Source of the DNA: Bacteroidales bacterium
GTDB taxonomy: Bacteria > Bacteroidota > Bacteroidia > Bacteroidales > ML635J-15
NCBI GenBank assembly: GCA_027858835.1
Contig: JAQIBY010000040.1
Location: forward strand, 2,382 to 66,381
DNA: 64,000 nucleotides
Reading direction: 5' to 3'
The position numbers were made by a program, and so were the translations under genes. The notes under the pieces were generated by a model, which saw only the letters and a list, made by a program, of their open reading frames with translations, made no database searches and was not told the DNA's origin. This document shows, piece after piece, positions 37,508 to 43,329 of the stretch. Each line of letters begins with the position of its first letter. The stretch's first letter is position 1.

Positions 37508-37515
37508 TATTTTTG
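37508..37515 (+). promoter_or_regulatory. -7 promoter box (TATTTTTG) upstream of tRNA-Ser
   Basis: Lies 14 nt upstream of tRNA position 1 (37529). Confidence 0.45.
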
Positions 37516-37528
37516 CACTCTATTCTCA

Positions 37529-37615
37529 GGAGAGATGGCAGAGTGGTCGAATGCGGTGGTCTTGAAAACCATTGACCGTGCGAGCGGTCCGGGGGTTCGA
37601 ATCCCTCTCTCTCCG
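37529..37615 (+). tRNA. tRNA-Ser (anticodon UGA)
   Basis: GGAGAGA acceptor stem pairs with TCTCTCC. The anticodon loop is CTTGAAA, the long variable arm is GACCGTGCGAGCGGTCC, the T-loop is TTCGAAT and the discriminator is G. CCA is not encoded. Confidence 0.9.
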
Positions 37616-37627
37616 CAGAAAAATAAG

Positions 37628-37651
37628 CCCTGACGATAGTCAGGGTTTTTT
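37628..37651 (+). terminator. Rho-independent terminator of tRNA-Ser
   Basis: ccctgac-gata-gtcaggg followed by TTTTTT. Confidence 0.8.
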
Positions 37652-37688
37652 CGTATATCACCGTGTAAAGCTTGCTTTAACACGGGGA

Positions 37689-37858
37689 TATACGAAAAAA
37701 ACCAGCGGGATGCGCTAGCAGACCGGGGCTATTTTTCTGAATTAACCCCCAATTGGGGATCACGCAAGGCGTTAGCCGAAGCGTAATCCATTAATAGAGT
37801 GAGTCCCGATATGCATATCAAAAAAAAGTATCGAGACAATTCAACCATCGATATTTAC
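37689..37858. repeat. Structured ~170-bp non-coding repeat, unit A (candidate sRNA gene, probably minus-strand)
   Basis: Near-identical to unit B, which sits 251 bp further on. It contains the palindrome ccccaattgggg (37747-37758), a 33-nt hairpin at 37757-37789 (9-bp outer stem; the minus strand carries GC-UUCG-GC), the hairpin gtcccgata...tatcgagac (37803-37837) and the palindrome atatgcatat. Confidence 0.7.
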
Positions 37859-37939
37859 TGAACTATTGTTTGTAAATATCGGGTTTCATTCAATTGAGAG
37901 TGGAGCCCGCCTGCCGGACGGGCAAGTAAGGAGTTGCTC

Positions 37940-38110
37940 TATACGAAAAAAAACAGCGGGATGCGCTAGCAGACCGGGCTTATTTTTCTGAATTACCCCC
38001 CCACTTGGGGATCACGCAAGGCGTTAGCCGAAGCGTAATCCAGAAGCAGAGTGAGTCCCGATATGCATATCAAAAAAAAGTATCGGGACAATTCAACCAT
38101 CGATATTTAC
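37940..38110. repeat. Structured ~170-bp non-coding repeat, unit B
   Basis: It has the same architecture as unit A. It differs mainly in a ~10-nt variable patch (ccattaatagag versus ccagaagcagag), the loop of the cccc/gggg hairpin, and one base that makes the gtcccgata/tatcgggac stem perfect. Confidence 0.7.
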
Positions 38111-38220
38111 CTGTGCCCTTTGGCCTTAACATTTATTTAACAAGATGATTTCATAAATGCTGTAACTTTTTTGGAACCCTAAGCGTCACACGCATGAAAA
38201 CAATCTAAAAAAATAAAACT

Positions 38221-38721
38221 ATGAAAACTCAAACGCTAATGATTCCACTTGCACTCTTTATATTAATGCTTTTAAAAAGCATGGGATTTGGAATGGTGCC
38301 ACCAAAAAAAACTGCAAACTTATCATCCTTGCAAAGCATCGAGCAGCAGCAAATTTTGGTTTCAAAATACCCAAATTATCCAATTCTTAGCACAAAAGAT
38401 TATCGACCCGTGCAGTCAGTTCAAAATCTGGTGAATGAGGATGTGATTGAATTTTATTTAAACAATGAAGCGATTTTTAGCATGCGTGTTGATGAAAACG
38501 GAGATTGTGTACAAACCTATAACAATACGGAGTGCCCTGAAGTTAAGGAAGCTAATAATAATAATGATAATGATAATGTGTTGGAAAACTTCAGACAAGT
38601 CAGTAAAGCTTTTTTCAAACAATCGTTTAGTCACTTGTTAAATGATTCAAAACAAACAGAAAATCAAGACCCGGAACCGACACAATCTGATAAAAAATAT
38701 TTTATGTCAGATTACAGATAA
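38221..38721 (+). CDS. Hypothetical secreted protein
   Basis: 166 aa with a signal-peptide-like N-terminus and an Asn/Asp-rich stretch. No family recognised. Confidence 0.5.
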   Translation: MKTQTLMIPLALFILMLLKSMGFGMVPPKKTANLSSLQSIEQQQILVSKYPNYPILSTKDYRPVQSVQNLVNEDVIEFYLNNEAIFSMRVDENGDCVQTYNNTECPEVKEANNNNDNDNVLENFRQVSKAFFKQSFSHLLNDSKQTENQDPEPTQSDKKYFMSDYR

Positions 38722-38783
38722 TGGCTGTGAGGAAACATAGTCTATGATAAGAAATAAAGTATTAACAAAAAAATATTGAAATT

Positions 38784-39839
38784 ATGAAACGTATTAAATT
38801 TTTACTCCCAATTCTAAGTATGGCAGCCATACTTTTAGCAAACACAAGTTTTGCAACATCAAATTATGAAACAGACACCTTAAAAATCGTTGTTAACGGT
38901 GAAGTTCAGGCTGTTGTTGACATGAGTGATCTGGACGCTTTAGAAGATCTGGATATTGATATTGATAGCATTATGATGGAGGTTGAAAATGCATTAAAGT
39001 CAGTTGATGAAAGCATGCAGGATATTGAAATAATTGAAAAAGACGGAAAAAAGACCATCATAATTAAAAGTGCAACCGGAGAAATTATTGAAAAGGTAGA
39101 ACTCGATAAGGCAAATCAAACTGCCGGAAATAATAAAAATAGCTTTGCAGTAGATTTCGAAAGCGACAAAAAAGACAAAAACCTGCATTCTTATATGTCT
39201 GTTGAGTTAGGTGCAAATAATTATTTGATAAATAATGATTTTAAGTTTCCTGAAGGGAATAGCGATTATGTTGTCAAACCATTTGGTTCATGGAGCTTTT
39301 CTATCGGATCCGGAATGCGCGCTTATGCAACAAATTGGTTGAGTTTTGATTTTGGAGCGGATTTATTGTGGTACAACTTTAAAATGGAAGATAAAACTGT
39401 TTTAATTACAGAAGGTGAAACTCCAAGTCAAATTCAGTTCATACCGGATGCTTCTTACGATACCGGTGATAATGATGCCATTCGATCAAAACTTCGTGTT
39501 GGATATGTAAACTTTAATCTAGTTCCAGTATTTCATATTGGTAATGAAACAGGAGGGTTCAATAAACGCACTTTTCGTATCGGTGCCGGAGCTTACGCAG
39601 GATACCGTATCGGAAGCATTACAAAATTTGTTTATGAAAACGACGGAAGTAAAGTGAAAGCAAAAAAATCCGACAATTTTTATCTGAATAATTTCAGATA
39701 CGGTGTAAAAGCAATCATCGGAATCAAAGAAGTAAACCTGTTTATGAATTATGATTTGAACAGTTTGTTTGAAGACAATAAAGGTCCAAATGGACAAACC
39801 CTCAACGCATTTGCTTTCGGTTTGAATTTCACAATTTAA
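38784..39839 (+). CDS. Hypothetical outer-membrane beta-barrel-like protein
   Basis: 351 aa. Signal peptide, an acidic N-terminal region, and a C-terminal half with alternating aromatic/Gly beta-strand pattern (porin-family-like). Confidence 0.55.
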   Translation: MKRIKFLLPILSMAAILLANTSFATSNYETDTLKIVVNGEVQAVVDMSDLDALEDLDIDIDSIMMEVENALKSVDESMQDIEIIEKDGKKTIIIKSATGEIIEKVELDKANQTAGNNKNSFAVDFESDKKDKNLHSYMSVELGANNYLINNDFKFPEGNSDYVVKPFGSWSFSIGSGMRAYATNWLSFDFGADLLWYNFKMEDKTVLITEGETPSQIQFIPDASYDTGDNDAIRSKLRVGYVNFNLVPVFHIGNETGGFNKRTFRIGAGAYAGYRIGSITKFVYENDGSKVKAKKSDNFYLNNFRYGVKAIIGIKEVNLFMNYDLNSLFEDNKGPNGQTLNAFAFGLNFTI

Positions 39840-39879
39840 CACACACATATAGATCTTAACCCTAACACCGCCAGGTGGA

Positions 39880-39910
39880 GCCGCTTCGAACAGAAGCGGC
39901 TTTTCTTTTT
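39880..39910 (+). terminator. Rho-independent terminator
   Basis: gccgctt-cgaacag-aagcggc followed by ttttcttttt. Confidence 0.65.
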
Positions 39911-39937
39911 CAAATCATGAAGAGATTTTTGTTTTAT

Positions 39938-39945
39938 TATCTTTG
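39938..39945 (+). promoter_or_regulatory. -7 promoter box (TATCTTTG) upstream of the hydrolase/FmdE fusion gene
   Basis: Lies 15 nt upstream of the ATG at 39961. It overlaps the TTG start in the track (39943), which argues for the 39961 start. Confidence 0.45.
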
Positions 39946-39960
39946 TGTAAAATTTATGCA

Positions 39961-41373
39961 ATGAAAAGCAGAAAACTTTTAATCCTCATTTCACTGATAC
40001 TGATAGCTTTTTCAGGCTATGCCCACAAAAAAGCATCATGGAATATAATTGTTGATACCGATGGCGCTGCAGATGATTTTCGTATGCTGCAAATCATTTT
40101 GGCTTCGCCCGATTTTAATCTGAATGCGGTTTGTACTTCTGACGGAGTACTCGCACCCGAACAATCAGCAGCTAAAATCAAAGGAATGCTGAATTATTAT
40201 CATCATGAGGGAATTCCTGTTGCTGCCGGAAAAGCGCTCGAAATTGAATTTTCCCATCGTGAATTTGTCAATTCCCTTAAATGGCCGGGCGAAGCATCTG
40301 CCGATTTTTCACATAATGCGCTTGAGCTTTACATGCAAAGTTTAAATCTGCATTCCCGAAAAAATGTAATTATCGCATCCGGTCCCTTAACAAACATTGC
40401 TAAGCTTCTGAGAACTTATCCCGAAGCAATTGAAAAAATCGACCACATTCTCTGGTATCACAACCCTGAAGAGCCTGGAATGAATTATCTCAGAGATAAA
40501 AAATCCGCAGAATTTGTCATGAAAACTTTTCCGGAAATCACCTATATTCATGCGGGTGATTCTGAAATCACCTTAAATGAGGAGTTTTTATCTTTTTTGA
40601 AGAGCTTAGATAATATCTATGTTAATTCCTTGTCGGAATATTTATATCAGGAGTCTTTGGCAAATCATAATTACCTCGGAAAGTATCCCGTTTGGGATGA
40701 ATGTTTGCCAATGTATTTACTTTTTCCTGAAATATTTGAAGAAAACAATACCGGATTTACGCCTAACTCGTCTGATTTATTGATGAATATGCTGGCTGTA
40801 CTTCATGTTAACAGGCCGATTGAAGGCGTAATCTGGAAAAAGAATTCGACAGAAAAATCCTATCTCAGAGATGATGTTTATTCCATTACCGACAGCCTGA
40901 TTCAAAAATTCGGATATAATGAATTTCAGGTTCTAGCGATGACCAGCGAATTTCATGGGCATCTCGGGCTATATTCCATTATGGGAGCAAAAATGGGATT
41001 GCGAGCAATGCAATATTTCTCAGTAGGCTTGGATGAATTGGAAGTATGGTCATTTGCAGGAAAAAAGCCACCACTCAGTTGCATGCATGATGGCTTGCAG
41101 TTTAGTACTGGAGCATCACTCGGTTTCGGAACCATTCATGTGGTTGAAGACGTGGAGTACTCGCCAAAAGCAAAATTCGTTTACGGAAATCGACAAATAC
41201 TGATTGAGCTGAAGCCTGATATGCAAGCAAAATTTAAACAAGACATCAAAAATTCAATTGAAAAATACGGATTATTAACCGATGCCTATTGGGATGAAAT
41301 CCGTCGAATCGGACTGAATTACTGGATTAATTTAGACAAAAATGATATTTTTACGATTCGGGTTGTTGAATAA
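39961..41373 (+). CDS. Secreted fusion protein: inosine/uridine-preferring nucleoside-hydrolase-like N-domain plus FmdE-like C-domain
   Basis: Signal peptide MKSRKLLILISLILIAFSGYA. The N-domain has IIVDTDGAADDFRMLQIIL (DxDxxxDD nucleoside-hydrolase motif). The C-domain has FHGHLGLYSIMGAKMGLRA...PPLSCMHDGLQFSTGASLGFG, resembling the FmdE family (FHGH...C..D..Q..TG.T.G). Confidence 0.65.
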   Translation: MKSRKLLILISLILIAFSGYAHKKASWNIIVDTDGAADDFRMLQIILASPDFNLNAVCTSDGVLAPEQSAAKIKGMLNYYHHEGIPVAAGKALEIEFSHREFVNSLKWPGEASADFSHNALELYMQSLNLHSRKNVIIASGPLTNIAKLLRTYPEAIEKIDHILWYHNPEEPGMNYLRDKKSAEFVMKTFPEITYIHAGDSEITLNEEFLSFLKSLDNIYVNSLSEYLYQESLANHNYLGKYPVWDECLPMYLLFPEIFEENNTGFTPNSSDLLMNMLAVLHVNRPIEGVIWKKNSTEKSYLRDDVYSITDSLIQKFGYNEFQVLAMTSEFHGHLGLYSIMGAKMGLRAMQYFSVGLDELEVWSFAGKKPPLSCMHDGLQFSTGASLGFGTIHVVEDVEYSPKAKFVYGNRQILIELKPDMQAKFKQDIKNSIEKYGLLTDAYWDEIRRIGLNYWINLDKNDIFTIRVVE

Positions 41374-41402
41374 TGTTTATTTCTATGATTCCTTTTAAAA
41401 AT

Positions 41403-41503
41403 CACTGTTGTCCGGTAAAACTATACAGATTTCTCACCGCTGGCTAGCGGTGAGGAATCTCATCAATTTTAATTTATTATCTTATTTTTATCGGACAACA
41501 GTG
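41403..41503. repeat. Nested-palindrome MITE-like element, copy 2 (internally deleted, 101 bp)
   Basis: 18-bp terminal inverted repeats cactgttgtccggtaaaa and ttttatcggacaacagtg (17/18 match). The interior is reduced to a single hairpin, ctcaccgc-tggcta-gcggtgag, joining the left-arm start to the right-arm end seen in copies 1 and 3. Confidence 0.8.
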
Positions 41504-41530
41504 TTTAAAATAAAAAAAAACAAATCACAC

Positions 41531-41557
41531 TGTAACTTTTTGCCATACAGTTACGTC
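41531..41557 (+). promoter_or_regulatory. Candidate ECF-type promoter (TGTAAC-N17-CGTC) upstream of the second ECF sigma gene
   Basis: tgtaactttttgccatacagttacgtc ends 13 nt before the ATG at 41571. It has the AAC/CGT architecture typical of autoregulated ECF promoters. Confidence 0.35.
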
Positions 41558-41570
41558 ACACTATCAGATT

Positions 41571-42059
41571 ATGACAGTAAAAGAGTATAACAAATCGGTT
41601 GACGATTTCTCGGACAATGTGTATCGCTTCATTATGAGCAACATACGCAATGAAGACATGGCTCGCGACATTGTCCAGGATGCTTACGAACGGCTTTGGA
41701 ATAATCATGAAAAAGTAGATGCCCGAAAAGTTCGTTCATACCTGTTCACCACTGCGCATAATCGAATGATTGACATGATACGAAAAAGAAAATATGAGCA
41801 GCAAGTTGACGAAACACCCGAAATGAGTGCTTCTTATCATGACGATCAATACACAGATTTACATGAAATTTTGAAAGAAGCCTTACAAAATCTCAGTGAA
41901 ATTCAGCGTTCAGTTATTTTGTTTAGAGATTATGAAAATTATTCATACAAAGAAATTGCTGAAATGACCGAATTAACGGAATCACAAGTGAAAGTTTATA
42001 TTTTCAGAGCAAGACAAAGTTTAAAAACCTATATTGGAAGTATTGAGGCAGTAATATGA
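41571..42059 (+). CDS. ECF-type RNA polymerase sigma-70 factor
   Basis: 162 aa. Region 2 (DIVQDAYERLW) and region 4 HTH (LSEIQRSVILFRDYENYSYKEIAEMTELTESQVKVYIFRARQSL). The stop overlaps the next start (ATGA). Confidence 0.9.
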   Translation: MTVKEYNKSVDDFSDNVYRFIMSNIRNEDMARDIVQDAYERLWNNHEKVDARKVRSYLFTTAHNRMIDMIRKRKYEQQVDETPEMSASYHDDQYTDLHEILKEALQNLSEIQRSVILFRDYENYSYKEIAEMTELTESQVKVYIFRARQSLKTYIGSIEAVI

Positions 42060-43066
42060 TAATGATTGATAAACATAATTATGAAGCATTTCTTCTGGAT
42101 TTTATGGAAGGAAATTTGAGTGCTGAACAGGCAAAAGCACTTGAGAATTTCCTGCAAAGACATCCGGAAATTGATGCTGATATTTTTACTTTGGATGATG
42201 TAAAACTCAGCCCTGACTCATTGCGTTTTGATGAAAAAATGCGTTTGAAACGGGATGAAGACATTCCGGAATTATCGAAACAAGATGCGTTATTAATCGG
42301 ATTGATTGAAAATAATTTGTCTCCAGAAGAAAGACAGACTGCTGAAAAATTAATTCAGTCGGATGTTGAAGCAGCAAATTCTTTCGCTCAATATCAAAAA
42401 ACAAAATTGCAGCCCGAAGCGGATTTGTTGTTTCCTGACAAAAATAAACTAAAGAAAAAATCACCTGTAATTCTTTTTTCTATAAGACGAGTTGGTGCTG
42501 TTGCCGCCGTTTTTATTGGAATTTTAGTTACTGTATTTCTGAATTTAAATCGTTTTGGCAATCAATATTCACCGGAAAAATATGTTTCACAGGAAAATCA
42601 TATTTCATTTGACCATGATGCCACGACTCAACCGGAAACATTGATTACAGAAGCCGAAACATCCAATGAGAATTTCATGGCGCATGTTGATCATGCAAAC
42701 ACTCAAGTAAATTCCGGAAGTCATATGAATACGCAAACTACAATGTCTCCCGAGGATTATTTCCGCATTCAACATATTCCGAAATTATCTCCGGGTAAAG
42801 TCAGAATTAAACAAGAACAGCGTGTATCTCATTTGGCATATAATCCCACACGGACAGAAAGTTTGAACTGGAAAAACATGGATATTACTTACATCCGTGA
42901 GACTCCGGAAAACCCCAATAATTTTAAATTTCCTAAATCCAAAACAGAATTTAATGAAACAATGGCTCGTTTGGATGAGAAATTCAATCCCATTGTTAAG
43001 TTACGCGAAGCCAAGGAAGAAGTGCTTGCTTCGAATGTGAATGATTTATTCAAACGGGAAAGATAG
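42056..43066 (+). CDS. Putative anti-sigma factor (single-pass membrane protein)
   Basis: 336 aa, translationally coupled to the sigma gene. The N-terminus is YEAFLLDFMEGNLSAEQAKALENFLQRHPE and there is one TM helix (VGAVAAVFIGILVTVFL). Confidence 0.6.
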   Translation: MIMIDKHNYEAFLLDFMEGNLSAEQAKALENFLQRHPEIDADIFTLDDVKLSPDSLRFDEKMRLKRDEDIPELSKQDALLIGLIENNLSPEERQTAEKLIQSDVEAANSFAQYQKTKLQPEADLLFPDKNKLKKKSPVILFSIRRVGAVAAVFIGILVTVFLNLNRFGNQYSPEKYVSQENHISFDHDATTQPETLITEAETSNENFMAHVDHANTQVNSGSHMNTQTTMSPEDYFRIQHIPKLSPGKVRIKQEQRVSHLAYNPTRTESLNWKNMDITYIRETPENPNNFKFPKSKTEFNETMARLDEKFNPIVKLREAKEEVLASNVNDLFKRER

Positions 43067-43296
43067 AGCCTATTTAAAAATGAATTGATTTAGTCACCTT
43101 GCTGAGTGTTGACACCAAAGCAGGTGACTGAGGGATCCGACAACAACCCGTCTGCCGACATGCAGGCAATCACCGAACAAAAAGGTGCCGGAATCATAGC
43201 CACCGAAAAAAACAGTATAAAAAAATACCACAATCTTATTCTATCCCAATTTCTTCTTATTAACAATTTATTAAGTTGATTATCCACAGCTTTATG

Positions 43297-43304
43297 TACA
43301 TTTG
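43297..43304 (+). promoter_or_regulatory. -7 promoter box (TACATTTG) upstream of the M16 peptidase
   Basis: Lies 25 nt upstream of the ATG at 43330, embedded in the small palindrome tgtacat-ttgtc-atgtaca. Confidence 0.4.
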
Positions 43305-43329
43305 TCATGTACAACACAAAATCAAAATT

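Noticed and set aside
37446-37661. A 71-aa minus-strand ORF
   Set aside because: It is antisense to tRNA-Ser (37529-37615) and its terminator, so it is an artefact of the tRNA sequence.
37811-37861. A small peptide ORF inside each repeat unit. In unit A it is MHIKKKYRDNSTIDIY. In unit B it is extended to 25 aa, and the single stem difference between the units (CGA versus CGG) is synonymous.
   Set aside because: It is only 16-25 codons, the C-termini differ between the copies, and there is no promoter box. One synonymous change is not evidence. I kept it as a minor alternative to the sRNA interpretation.
37689-38110. Whether the tandem repeats are a CRISPR array, or att sites of an island integrated at tRNA-Ser
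   Set aside because: - There are only two units, each about 170 bp with an 81-bp spacer, which is far outside CRISPR geometry. No cas genes are present.
- No integrase or other mobility gene lies nearby.
- The units do not contain a copy of the tRNA 3' end itself. Only the sequence beyond the discriminator base is shared, and it is inverted.
43090-43317. A 75-aa minus-strand ORF with a hydrophobic stretch
   Set aside because: It would start inside the promoter and palindrome of the divergently placed M16 gene, it overlaps a strong hairpin, and it resembles no family I recognise. I kept it only as a note within the finding on 43085-43200.
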